Below, in pieces: positions 46,701 through 55,682 of a stretch of 64,000 nt of DNA (within the stretch, counting starts at the first letter, position 1; every line of letters begins with the position of its first letter). Below the pieces are notes generated by a model. The model was given only the letters and a program-made list of their open reading frames with translations. It ran no database searches and was not told where the DNA came from. Origin of the DNA: an uncultured virus (IMG/VR IMGVR_UViG_3300002133_000084) (taxonomy: Duplodnaviria; Heunggongvirae; Uroviricota; Caudoviricetes); IMG/VR virus record IMGVR_UViG_3300002133_000084, one strand, 5' to 3'. The translations under genes and the position numbers were made by a program.

Positions 46701-48823
46701 TTCACCTACGATATGCCGGCTCATTCACCAGTTCTAGTTGGGTGAATTTCACTATCCCCAATAGTGTAAACGCGTCTTATTCTCCGGGCCCCATCTCCGG
46801 CGTAACCAGCTTCACGCTGGAGCTCTACGTTGATGGTTGGAGTGGAACGCCCGGAAATGAAGGCCAGCGCTTCCACGCCATCACCCTCTACCACAAGAAC
46901 GCCAATGGATTCTTCGGTATTAATATTAACCAGATCGCTGTCCGATCTAAGTATGACGCGGGGGGCAACTGGATAGAAAACGAATGGGCGATCGCTACGG
47001 GTGAGGATGATGCTACTCGCGGAACTGCCGTTAATATCGTCTTAGAGCAGGCGGATAAAACTACCATGCTGGCCGCCTCTGATAATCCGTTTGGATATAA
47101 CGGTATAGGAGTGGGATTAGATAAGACGTATGCGGTGAATGTCGACGATAGCTCCAGTATGTTCTTGGAAGCCTATCGCACTCGGGAAGACAAGCAGGAC
47201 GGGTATAATATAAAGCAGATGAGCGCATCGCTCTATACATCGTCTATCGTCGAGACGCACTCCCTCCTCTTTAGAGAGTGGAGCGGTGCGACGAAGGGCG
47301 GGAAAATCGCTATAAGTGATACCATGGTGTGCGTCTGCCACAATCAGGGTATGACGATCTACCGCATGCCCTACGTTGACAATGATCTAGTGGGCGCCGG
47401 CGAATACCGCAGCGTCGAGCATTACGACGCTGATGGTATCGCGCGCATCACAGGCACGATGATGGGCGACTTTGAGAAGCCTCTTGCCGCGCTCGAGTTG
47501 TCGAGAGGTATCGGCGGGCATGCCTCACTTCTGCCGGTGCGCAAGGATCAGCTGGACTATGCACTGCTTTCCGATCAGGCCGAGATCGCTCCCGGCGTTT
47601 TCCTCGACTACACCAACCGTATCGAGGGATTTAAGACGCCCGTGCAGGCGTTGGATCTGGGGACAGGCGGACAGCCAGATGATACGCATTTATCCCACCC
47701 GTCCGTCATCAAGGTGGGCTCCACGTATAAGATGTGGTATGGGGGCCACGATGGATCGAACTGGTTCAACATCATGTATGCCGATTCGTCGGATGGGGTG
47801 ACGTGGGCCAATAGGCAGTCCGTTATCGCTTACAATACAGAGGCGACGTATGACTCAACCTATGTTAATCATCCGTCCGTCATTCTGGATGGGGCCACTT
47901 ATAAGATGTGGTACAATGGAAATAATGGGACGGGGCGCATAATGTATGCTACGTCCGCTGACGGCATTACGTGGGCCAACCACCAGATGGTGCTCAATGT
48001 CGCCGGCGCTACATTATATGGTTCGCACGTCGATTACCCCAGCGTCATAAAAGATGGATCTACCTATAAGATGTGGTTTGGAGGTAGCGATGGATCGAAC
48101 TATAGAACCTTCTATGCCACTTCAGCTGACGGTATTGCGTGGACGGTGCGCAACCAACCGGTGGCCGATATAACGGATGATCCAGCGTGGGGATCAATAC
48201 ATGCCTTTCGTCCGTGCGTAGTAAAGGATGGCAGTGTCTACAAGATGTTTTTTGGAGTGGCGGGAACTCCATTCAATGCCATTGAATACAAAGAGTCAAA
48301 CGATGGCATCCATTGGGGTGGCTTCATTCGATTGTTCTCTCCCAATCTGGAGGGCACCTGGGATGCCACGCACGCATTGTCGCCCGCGGCGATAATTGAC
48401 AATGGTGTTTTCAAGGTGTGGTATACGGTTCATGCTGGCGGATCTAATCGCATTGTCTATACCGATAATGCCACCGTTGGGACGGAGACGTTTATACCGG
48501 TTGTCGATGTCAATGGTGCGCGCGTGATCGATGCGCCCATCCAAGCTTCAGGTGAGTATGGTGGATCGGTGTTGTTTACGCCGGGCGGAGACAAGTTATC
48601 GTCTCTTATTGCACCAGCGGCATCTATCCATGGCACTTCTGGATCTCCGTCATTTACCTCTCTGACGTGGGCGGATCCCACTGCGGGGGTTACATCGGAA
48701 CATGAGGTGGATCCAATAGCCGACTACTCTCAAATGCAACTCAGTCTATATAAGACAAAATATGGAAAGTCTCCCCTAATTAAAACGTTTGGGGACTGGC
48801 GATCAGAGATACCATCCTTTTAA
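43757..48823 (+). CDS. large tail fibre/receptor-binding protein with beta-propellers
   Basis: 1688 aa; five C-terminal repeats P-x-V-I-x-D-G-x-x-Y-K-M-W...Y-A-x-S-x-D-G-x-x-W (GH43/32/130-type propeller). Confidence 0.75.
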   Translation: MADQNLNIDIASQTPDSTVHNRGVISGGTVAELNISSLRSASGERAVNVSNLANSVEKDRDSIYGKLGEHQRVLDMLSNTPYPDNNGLPLFVTTFDSIERKVYQSNRAIAYTDHDMPNSSNVRIVDKAAGERGVIDSRLQLEKQHYWGEVLEVTKMRRDNETDEVLRGISKIANDGYMYLIGSDATNADGNRLYRIDPNTHDKLGTWILDNDQWNGNDSIEYIAGIDTDGDNLYICYTLGEASNRGTIHKFPIENLPASGSTLTRMSVSGISSAQFGASYYNPVSVTYDGDSDCLWVVTVSGTLAIVKISTDFSDVAAPTVILTGAGIHSNTRCVTYADNKLTYVDGSGSRIYTTIKPAVTGTVQIVSQINAVVYGTNIYGICITNDLLYMTVDNCIARVAWEKDTICLPQSAAQIPPNDWGKADPADGNSTPASHIYVINKIIDNATAHTDWVDDQFNGLKLFVRGGTYSGEWFTISDTDGTNGSVTISATSNKGTASATAMVAGQLIEVGIPEKNLLGRLSNAGDWQDGWSWGAGASIGWRDTQWISQGFILTKRSQIAEVRINVASETGTAVGSSEFRIETDVDGSPSGTLAHPDATFTADQSGMPGSGYYQVTFARPFMLDSYTQYHLVMQTAALDNNNLNFTYNTAAGAFKKGTFKASSDSGSTWGEVSAGAALYFEILSDNIPIAKVNNAVIDEEAGKIYMALGTYNVADGRGVAAYDIATGAVRMVEYSAGSSHCNLDVAFAGDYLIFLLSHPSSGNTLKVYDRWTYEFIKNIDSNPSLIRDTAIHAIDGKELVVDEETGRKEPFFIIGSYNKVHIYNPLSGEISNIDLTTMGSTRNVICYTCALADNGTALFGITDESIIDDSYCMGFRRIQDIKSAAPPSFASADFIIRGWHNEYMWGEGATYQNYFPFYTLERDPSSWTMGKNVGGRLYSDGDAGIWGNQQNPGRITFSGLNPEMVYSPQVGYQTVDGGATLHLRYAGSFTSSSWVNFTIPNSVNASYSPGPISGVTSFTLELYVDGWSGTPGNEGQRFHAITLYHKNANGFFGININQIAVRSKYDAGGNWIENEWAIATGEDDATRGTAVNIVLEQADKTTMLAASDNPFGYNGIGVGLDKTYAVNVDDSSSMFLEAYRTREDKQDGYNIKQMSASLYTSSIVETHSLLFREWSGATKGGKIAISDTMVCVCHNQGMTIYRMPYVDNDLVGAGEYRSVEHYDADGIARITGTMMGDFEKPLAALELSRGIGGHASLLPVRKDQLDYALLSDQAEIAPGVFLDYTNRIEGFKTPVQALDLGTGGQPDDTHLSHPSVIKVGSTYKMWYGGHDGSNWFNIMYADSSDGVTWANRQSVIAYNTEATYDSTYVNHPSVILDGATYKMWYNGNNGTGRIMYATSADGITWANHQMVLNVAGATLYGSHVDYPSVIKDGSTYKMWFGGSDGSNYRTFYATSADGIAWTVRNQPVADITDDPAWGSIHAFRPCVVKDGSVYKMFFGVAGTPFNAIEYKESNDGIHWGGFIRLFSPNLEGTWDATHALSPAAIIDNGVFKVWYTVHAGGSNRIVYTDNATVGTETFIPVVDVNGARVIDAPIQASGEYGGSVLFTPGGDKLSSLIAPAASIHGTSGSPSFTSLTWADPTAGVTSEHEVDPIADYSQMQLSLYKTKYGKSPLIKTFGDWRSEIPSF

Positions 48824-48832
48824 GGTGATTAA

Positions 48833-49006
48833 ATGGCGCAGTTAAATCAGAGTCCCAAAAGTGAAAAAAAGGCCACCATGCGCGATGATGCGCGCGCGGC
48901 GATGATCGAGCTCAGGGGTGATAGGTTGGGCAAGCCTACGGTAGCATCCCTATCTGAGGAAGTTGATAATCTAAAGAAAATCATCCGCTACCTATTAGAC
49001 AGGTAA
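48833..49006 (+). CDS. 57-aa protein, possible fibre chaperone (not in ORF track)
   Basis: own translation MAQLNQSPK...IIRYLLDR*, AAGGTG RBS, fills the gap between two fibre genes. Confidence 0.55.
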   Translation: MAQLNQSPKSEKKATMRDDARAAMIELRGDRLGKPTVASLSEEVDNLKKIIRYLLDR

Positions 49007-49007
49007 C

Positions 49008-49026
49008 ATACCCTCAATTGGGGTAT
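49008..49026. promoter_or_regulatory. palindrome copy 7 (overlaps start codon)
   Basis: ATACCC TCAATTG GGGTAT(G). Confidence 0.7.
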
Positions 49027-51310
49027 GATAAAAGGATACTTTGTGAATAATCCGAATCAAAATATAGATCTTGATGCGCAAACTCCCGCAGGAGAGGCGA
49101 CAATAACGACGAATCACGCCTCTGCAGAATGGACTGATCCGGTTAGGATTGGATCTACGAGGCTGTGGACTCACAGTATCACTAAAAACCTGATGACGAA
49201 GGAGGGATCTAACCCATCCACGGAAGACGATGGGATTATTAGGATTCCGTTTGACGGGACTAATATTTCCGTAACTGGCGGCACTATGTCCAGTGTTGCT
49301 ATCTCCAGTGGAACTATTACTGGGACTCCAATATCAAACTCTAATATATCCGGTGGGACAATATCCAACGCTCCCATTTCCAATGGATCAATATCCAGAG
49401 TGAGCCACATATCGTCCAGTATTGACGCGCATAAAATCGTGCCGTTTTTCCTCGACGAACCCGCGCACGTTTCGCCCTCGTTTAACTGGCAACGCGCTAT
49501 ACGACAGACTTCGTGGTATGCCGAGTTAGGCGCACCGCCGACGCATGGCGCGTTTGTCATTGATGCATCGCAAAATGCGATAAGCTGGATTGACTTAGAC
49601 AGCGCGACGCTTGCGGTTTATATGACATTCAGTGCATCAAGTGACAATGTTACCGCGACAATGATTGGCTATTTAAGTATGCAAATAGCCGACATTCAAG
49701 TGATTGATTTTAAAATTATCGTGGGTGATAATTCGGGGGGCTTTAACAATTACCCATGCTTTATTATCGACTTACTGGAAGATCGCGCCTATGGATGGTA
49801 TAGCTCAGGGTTCCGCGTATTTAATGGAGACATATCGGATCGCAACAGTGAGCTTAGCGCAACCCAATATTCATCAATGGCCATCTTCAACAATACCGTC
49901 AACTCCGTGGCAATCTGCCGAGATCCCAATGGAGGTACAGATCACTTCGGACGGCCGTTGCACTATTGGATGGCTGGGCAGGCAACAAAAGCATCCATAT
50001 ACAACCCAATAACAAACGCCATTTATGACAGCGCGGCCGGCACTGTGCCGTTGCAAAGTGTAGACATTGCACCCAGCGGCTATTATGCCGTTGTCACAGA
50101 CGACACATACGACTATACGCGCATAGGCTTATTGCCAGTGGATTCAATTACTGCCGATGGGTTTGTCGAAACGGCATTGACTGTAAACAATGTTGGCGGA
50201 AATGTATGGAGCTTGGGTTTCCCCTCTGATCCCGCAGGTACAACATTCAACAAGATAGTGGACGGTGGCATATTGGGCGGCCCCATCTCTGTCGGCGGTA
50301 GCAATCAAGGAGCGTTTATAGTCCACTGGCCGCCCGTAGTAAACAGCGGCGAACATGGCATTATAAAAATGACTTCCACTTACGTCACGCCCTACATGAA
50401 AGGCACTCGCGTTGCGGCTTATCCCCTCGACTCGGTGACAGATCGAAGTGGGAATGGCTTCAATCTAACCAATAATGGCGCAACGCTATCGGCCTCCGGT
50501 GGGCCACTTGGTGGATATGCCACCTTCGATGGCGTTAGTGATTATATGATGCACGGTGGATCAACTGGGCGATTCGATGCGGGTGGCGTAAACAGTTTGG
50601 AGTTTGTCGTTTCCTGTTACGTAAAGTCGGCAACCACCTCCAATCCCATTGTCACGCCGCGTATCTATTGGAGCAATCACGGCACGTCATATATTGCCCT
50701 TTATTTCAACACAAATGGACAGTTAAACATTGAGATGTATGACGGATCCACCACAAAGGCCGTCACCTCTACTGCAGATTTTTTCGATGCAAAATGGCAC
50801 AGCGTAGTCGGGCAATCTGATGGAACTGATTTAATGCTGTATGTGGATGGCATTTTAATTGGAAGCACCAACGTATCTGGCTCCATGTCAGGCGGGGCAA
50901 ATTACGGCAGCGATCTACACGTAGGAAGCAATAGCACGAGTGGGCAATATTTCGCTGGAAGCATATCGAACATGCAAATGGGTACAACGGCATGGACGGA
51001 GGACGAAGTAGCCCTTGAGTATCAACGGATGCAGGCAGGGTTGGCAGGTTTTACAACGCTACTCACCGCAGACGATATAGACAGCGTTCAGATTGCACCT
51101 AGCGGAGAATACGCCATTGTCACCGCTGGTAATGTCGCACACGTTATGGATCCGCGCACAGGTATAATTTTAAGTACGGATGCAGTTGGCGCGGGAACAC
51201 TCAACGACGCCGCAATCTGGCAGAATCCGGGGGCCGATTTACCAAGTCGACTATTGGGCGCATCTGGCACAGTAGAGGCGAAGCAGGAAGATGAAAGGAT
51301 GGGCGGCTAA
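49025..51310 (+). CDS. tail fibre with LamG/concanavalin A-like domain
   Basis: DRSGNG-x-x-L-T, FDGVSDY, D-x-x-WH, LYVDG, F-x-G-x-I; I-S-x-x-x pentapeptide repeats near N-terminus. Confidence 0.75.
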   Translation: MIKGYFVNNPNQNIDLDAQTPAGEATITTNHASAEWTDPVRIGSTRLWTHSITKNLMTKEGSNPSTEDDGIIRIPFDGTNISVTGGTMSSVAISSGTITGTPISNSNISGGTISNAPISNGSISRVSHISSSIDAHKIVPFFLDEPAHVSPSFNWQRAIRQTSWYAELGAPPTHGAFVIDASQNAISWIDLDSATLAVYMTFSASSDNVTATMIGYLSMQIADIQVIDFKIIVGDNSGGFNNYPCFIIDLLEDRAYGWYSSGFRVFNGDISDRNSELSATQYSSMAIFNNTVNSVAICRDPNGGTDHFGRPLHYWMAGQATKASIYNPITNAIYDSAAGTVPLQSVDIAPSGYYAVVTDDTYDYTRIGLLPVDSITADGFVETALTVNNVGGNVWSLGFPSDPAGTTFNKIVDGGILGGPISVGGSNQGAFIVHWPPVVNSGEHGIIKMTSTYVTPYMKGTRVAAYPLDSVTDRSGNGFNLTNNGATLSASGGPLGGYATFDGVSDYMMHGGSTGRFDAGGVNSLEFVVSCYVKSATTSNPIVTPRIYWSNHGTSYIALYFNTNGQLNIEMYDGSTTKAVTSTADFFDAKWHSVVGQSDGTDLMLYVDGILIGSTNVSGSMSGGANYGSDLHVGSNSTSGQYFAGSISNMQMGTTAWTEDEVALEYQRMQAGLAGFTTLLTADDIDSVQIAPSGEYAIVTAGNVAHVMDPRTGIILSTDAVGAGTLNDAAIWQNPGADLPSRLLGASGTVEAKQEDERMGG

Positions 51311-52271
51311 AGTGAATAAGACAGAGCTTGAGCTGGCGGTAAAAGAAACAGTCAACGGTATTCCGTTTGCCATCGTAGATAACGGCACACACGCAGATGG
51401 CACACGAAAAGTTGGATGGAAAAAACGCGATGGGATTTACCTCACCATACAAGCCGCGATAGACGCGGGGCATAGTCATATACTCGTTGCAGATGGCACA
51501 TACGGACGATTTGATATAAATCGAGCGGGCGTGCATGTGCAGGGCAGTGGATATAATACGCGCATATTTCACACGGGCGATGGCAATATTCCTGTGCATT
51601 TAACCGCTGACTATTCTATGGTTAGTGATATGTCGAGCGAGGGAGTGCAGGGAGGCGGGTATGGAGGATATACATTTGCGTTTGGCGCACAATACTGTCA
51701 GGGGAAAAATCTCTGGGTTAGGGCATCAGACAGTGAGGGAATCTTTTTTACGCCGACGGCAGTGCATTGCTCTGTCGATCAAGTTGTCGTTAAAAACTGT
51801 GATGATTTTGATATACGCACCTATGGCGGCTCGACTTATTGCTCAGTCTCAAATGCTAAGATCGTAACGTCGGCGATAAATGCTGGAGTATATAGCTCAG
51901 GCTCATACAGCCAGTGGAATAATATTCATGTAGCAAACAGTGGTACTGGCAATCCATTCACATGCACAGCAGATCAAGGCAACTTCTCAAACATCAGAAT
52001 AAATCTCGGTGGCAGTACGGGCCAAATGAATATCTCAAGCTCGTATAACACATTTTCTGGAATATCTATGGTTGGCGCATCAACCACCAATAAAGTCGGC
52101 TTTTCTGGTGACTTCAATTCAATGGTTGGGCTGATGGAGGCGTCAGGGGGAGGAGGAGCCAGTATCATTTTTAATGCGGGAGCGGATTACAATTATGTGT
52201 CGGGCACTCGAAACAGCTCTATAACCGATAATGGCACTGGAAATAATCACAGCAATACAGTGCAATTCTAA
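51291..52271 (+). CDS. pectin-lyase-like beta-helix tailspike
   Basis: TIQAAIDAG...V-x-x-GTY...V-x-G-x-G-x-x-T entry motif and Asn-rich beta repeats. Confidence 0.7.
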   Translation: MKGWAAKVNKTELELAVKETVNGIPFAIVDNGTHADGTRKVGWKKRDGIYLTIQAAIDAGHSHILVADGTYGRFDINRAGVHVQGSGYNTRIFHTGDGNIPVHLTADYSMVSDMSSEGVQGGGYGGYTFAFGAQYCQGKNLWVRASDSEGIFFTPTAVHCSVDQVVVKNCDDFDIRTYGGSTYCSVSNAKIVTSAINAGVYSSGSYSQWNNIHVANSGTGNPFTCTADQGNFSNIRINLGGSTGQMNISSSYNTFSGISMVGASTTNKVGFSGDFNSMVGLMEASGGGGASIIFNAGADYNYVSGTRNSSITDNGTGNNHSNTVQF

Positions 52272-52283
52272 GGGAAAAATAAA

Positions 52284-52700
52284 ATGCTATACACAGACGG
52301 CACCACTCCAGCAACATTAGAACAAGTCGAAGAGGAGCGCGTTGCTCTTATCGCCGCCGACAAACTCGCAGAGCGCGAAGCGAATGCCTCTGAGGTGCAG
52401 GAATTTATCGACACTTATAAGAATGATCCTGCTGATGCCGACTATCTTGTGCGATTATCTAATGCAAAAATTACGGCCACCCCAGACGATAAAGATTCGA
52501 CTTTCGTTGTGATCAACTTCGATCCAGTCATCATCGTGGCTGATACAGCAGAGGGCGGAGTGTGTCGCGGATCTCTAGCTGTTATCACTAAGATGGGGAC
52601 GGCGGACACTCCGAAGAGGGAGGCCGTGGGCGCCACGGGATTCAGGTGCTCTAAGGGCGATGCGATAAAACACCTGATGTCCATATCCACTCTCCTGTAA
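52284..52700 (+). CDS. hypothetical protein (possible fibre assembly factor)
   Basis: 138 aa ORF after the spike gene. Confidence 0.5.
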   Translation: MLYTDGTTPATLEQVEEERVALIAADKLAEREANASEVQEFIDTYKNDPADADYLVRLSNAKITATPDDKDSTFVVINFDPVIIVADTAEGGVCRGSLAVITKMGTADTPKREAVGATGFRCSKGDAIKHLMSISTLL

Positions 52701-53041
52701 TGAACGCCTTTGGTGGCCTGCACTTAAGGCCGCTTCCAGACGGTAAGAGCTGGGAAGTGGAGAGAGATTGGTGCATTTTGGGCCACGCTGTCCCAGCGGG
52801 CACGAAGACTGACTTTGCTAGCATCCCAAGAATACTATGGGTGTTTCTGCCTCCCTGGGGAAAGTATGGGCCGGCCGCCATACTACATGACTATTTATAC
52901 TCAACGGGCTACAGTAGAATAGCATCTGATACGCTATTCTACGCCCTGATGAAGGTTGGGGGAGTGTCAAAATCTTTACGGTTTATTATGTACTGGGCCG
53001 TCAGATTATTCGGGCAATCCCATTGGAAACAACCCAAATAA
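52700..53041 (+). CDS. DUF1353-like protein
   Basis: VPAG-x-x-TDFASIPR...AA-x-LHDYLY...AVRLFG. Confidence 0.85.
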   Translation: MNAFGGLHLRPLPDGKSWEVERDWCILGHAVPAGTKTDFASIPRILWVFLPPWGKYGPAAILHDYLYSTGYSRIASDTLFYALMKVGGVSKSLRFIMYWAVRLFGQSHWKQPK

Positions 53042-53116
53042 CATCAAACATTAGCCAAACCACATCGCACGGGGTGGGGTAGCAGACTTCTGTAGGAAGA
53101 TTATCAAAAATTTCAC

Positions 53117-53581
53117 ATGGCCTTTAACACATTAAACCCAATCCAGTTCGGCAGGATCGGAATCCTCCTCTTAAATAGTATGTCCACCCCATTCATCTTG
53201 TCTCATGCGGATGGGCGAATATTTAACTGTAATGACGCTTTTGCTAAGATGATGAATATGTCAGTAGAGGATATTCTAGGTATCGGCTGGGATAAATTAA
53301 CGCACCCCGATGACTTGAGGCCCGATATGAGACACGCGGAGCTATGCCTTAGTCAGAGTAGTGATATGATAGGCTACTCGGTAGATAAGAGGTATGTGTC
53401 ATCTGGGGGGATTATGCCGGTAAATCTGGAAGTTGAGATTTTCAATGGATCAATCTACCCAGATCCAATGTTTGGAGTATTAATAACCGACTTAATGGGC
53501 GTCAGGGAAGTTTCTGGGGCAAAAATATTGTCTTGGAAGAATAGGGATGGGGCGTGGGTTTCAGGTGAATACAATGGCTAA
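53117..53581 (+). CDS. single PAS-domain protein
   Basis: DGRI-x-x-CNDAF-x-x-M...EDILG...LTHPDD...KRY. Confidence 0.8.
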   Translation: MAFNTLNPIQFGRIGILLLNSMSTPFILSHADGRIFNCNDAFAKMMNMSVEDILGIGWDKLTHPDDLRPDMRHAELCLSQSSDMIGYSVDKRYVSSGGIMPVNLEVEIFNGSIYPDPMFGVLITDLMGVREVSGAKILSWKNRDGAWVSGEYNG

Positions 53582-53846
53582 TACTTCATTAGAGAAATTT
53601 ACAAAAGAAGCATCTGAAATGTTTGCCATAACCATTGAGGTGGATCGCCTCAAGGGGGATATGACTCGAGTCAGAATAGACTTAGATGGAACTTCTTCAT
53701 CTCCTGGGCTACTTGGCAGAATGGCAAGCGCCGAATCTAAAATACAGCGTGGAGTAATGATCGCCATCATGTTCCCCGTTATAATTGGCTTAATTACAAC
53801 AGCCGCTGCCGCTGCCTACGTAATAGGCAAAATAGCGGCCGGCTAG
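53574..53846 (+). CDS. putative holin-like membrane protein
   Basis: coiled-coil plus C-terminal hydrophobic segment directly before the endolysin; ATG at 53574 after AGGTG. Confidence 0.5.
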   Translation: MANTSLEKFTKEASEMFAITIEVDRLKGDMTRVRIDLDGTSSSPGLLGRMASAESKIQRGVMIAIMFPVIIGLITTAAAAAYVIGKIAAG

Positions 53847-53861
53847 AAAAAGGATCACATT

Positions 53862-54590
53862 ATGGATGTTATATTTTCTCCAACTCCTTCGAGGGGATCT
53901 AGAAAAAGAAGTAAGCCCGTAGTCGACACGATCGTTGTTCATTATTCGGGTAGGCGCAATCCCACCTCGGCATACAATACCATATTAAATCCCAAAGAGC
54001 AGAAGTCGTATCATTTTCTCATTGGCCCGGACGCCGAATCTATCTGGTGCTTTGTGCCCGTTCCATACGTGGCCTGGCACGCCGGACATAGCTTATGGAA
54101 GGGCCGCCGCGGACTCAACCGATACTCCATAGGCATCTCCTTTGCCAATGACGGCACCCAAGGATACAATGAAAAAGAAATGGAGGCTTTTTACGAGCTT
54201 CTCTTCGACGGGTATCATCTCTGTGCGGATCCCAACATAGAAACGCACGCAGAGTACGATCAGTGGCTAGGGCCGCAGCAGGCCATCTTACATGAGTATC
54301 CCCATATAGGAGTGGATAACATAGTAGGACACGACGTCATTGCCCAGAACGCCATAGAGGCTGGTATACGCCCCGAGTGGAATGGACGATCGGATCCGGG
54401 TGCATTGTTCCCATGGGATCAGGTATACGCCGAGATGGCTAATTTTAGATCCTCTCAACTCAAGGCGGCATCCAATCACGTCGCCTCAATTCAGAAGCCG
54501 CGCATGGAATTCCAGATTGCCGATCCGGAGAAGGGGACAGTAGGGGACTACTTCCTCAGAGGTAAAGACATCGATATAGTTACGGGCTAA
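53862..54590 (+). CDS. N-acetylmuramoyl-L-alanine amidase (Amidase_2) endolysin
   Basis: IVVHYS, SYHFLI, AWHAG, N-x-x-SIGI, IVGH, DPG-x-x-FPW. Confidence 0.9.
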   Translation: MDVIFSPTPSRGSRKRSKPVVDTIVVHYSGRRNPTSAYNTILNPKEQKSYHFLIGPDAESIWCFVPVPYVAWHAGHSLWKGRRGLNRYSIGISFANDGTQGYNEKEMEAFYELLFDGYHLCADPNIETHAEYDQWLGPQQAILHEYPHIGVDNIVGHDVIAQNAIEAGIRPEWNGRSDPGALFPWDQVYAEMANFRSSQLKAASNHVASIQKPRMEFQIADPEKGTVGDYFLRGKDIDIVTG

Positions 54591-54615
54591 AAAAGAATCA
54601 TACCGGCTAAAGAGG

Positions 54616-54641
54616 ATGCCCCCCAAATGGGGGGCATTTTT
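54616..54641 (+). terminator. intrinsic terminator ending the virion/lysis region
   Basis: ATGCCCCCC-AAAT-GGGGGGCAT then TTTT. Confidence 0.85.
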
Positions 54642-54723
54642 GCTATATACATTATAGTATGCTGGGTACTGCAAAATGTGCACTCTTGATTCTCCTTATG
54701 GGGCGGGTGCATTTCCTTTCTCC

Positions 54724-54752
54724 TTGCAAACAGAACGCTAGTTCGCTAGTTT
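54724..54752 (+). promoter_or_regulatory. recombinase promoter containing a GAAC-N4-GTTC (LexA-type) box
   Basis: TTGCAA-N17-TAGTTT with GAACGCTAGTTC at 54733-54744. Confidence 0.5.
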
Positions 54753-54773
54753 ATACTTATGTGAGGAGATCAA

Positions 54774-55682
54774 ATGACTCAGGTAATTCAAGCCGATCTG
54801 TTCGATTCTTCCATGGCTTGCCATGCATCCGAATTGCGCTCCCTCATCAAAGAATTTCTGAGGTGGTGCGAGACGGCCGGCAAAGCCAGAAATACAGTTG
54901 AAGTATATTACTACGATCTTAAAGCGTTTGTTCGTTTCTTTGAAGAGCACAACATCCCAATGGGCGATGAGCTTCTTAGTAGCTACCTTCACTCACTGGT
55001 AACACTCAAGCCGGCCACTCGTCGCCGGCGCTACTACTCCCTTTCTAAATTGTTTACTTGGTGCATTGAGCAGGGGATCACCAAAGACAACCCCCTCAAG
55101 AGGCACCAGCCACCAGTCGTCATTGATGGTGGCCCGCGCCCCATACCGGAAGCAGATCTCCATAGGCTAACAGCTGCCATAGAAGAATTGTGCAACGATC
55201 GATATAAGCTGATGTACCACTTGCTGCTCGATACCGGCATGCGCATCAATGAGGCGGTGTCTATTCGGCTTGATGATATATCTTGGGCGGAGGGGGAAGA
55301 GTCCATCCTTATACGGGGCAAGGGGCGGCGGCGGCGACTGCTACCACTGAGCCCTGAGATGAGATCCTTTAATCTCCTCAGAGAATACATAGGAACTAGG
55401 GTGGACGGAGCTCTATTTGAGGGGCGCAGTGGTGGACACCTCGTCAGAGAGGCGCCCACCGTATACCTGCGAAGAATACTATCCACCCTCAACATGAACT
55501 ACACAATGCACCAATTAAGGCATACTGCCGCCACAAATTGGATCAACAGGGGCGGCATGTCGACGCTGGTAGTGCAAGATCTACTGGGGCACTCCTCCTC
55601 CATCTACACCGAACGCTACGTCCAGGTGAGGGAATGGAAGAAGAGAGCCGATCTTAAGGCTTATGCCATGGCCAATGGCTAA
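54774..55682 (+). CDS. XerC/D-like tyrosine recombinase
   Basis: TGMRINE, RGKG, HQLRH, LLGH, TERY catalytic set; SAM-like N-terminus. Confidence 0.9.
   Translation: MTQVIQADLFDSSMACHASELRSLIKEFLRWCETAGKARNTVEVYYYDLKAFVRFFEEHNIPMGDELLSSYLHSLVTLKPATRRRRYYSLSKLFTWCIEQGITKDNPLKRHQPPVVIDGGPRPIPEADLHRLTAAIEELCNDRYKLMYHLLLDTGMRINEAVSIRLDDISWAEGEESILIRGKGRRRRLLPLSPEMRSFNLLREYIGTRVDGALFEGRSGGHLVREAPTVYLRRILSTLNMNYTMHQLRHTAATNWINRGGMSTLVVQDLLGHSSSIYTERYVQVREWKKRADLKAYAMANG

Noticed and set aside
10458..49026. Palindromes as CRISPR repeats or intrinsic terminators
   Set aside because: They are dispersed singly with no spacer array or cas genes; the stems are weak and have no following T tract.
54590..54774. 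Prophage boundary or att site near the recombinase
   Set aside because: No tRNA, core repeat or switch to host genes is visible; genes on both sides look phage-like.
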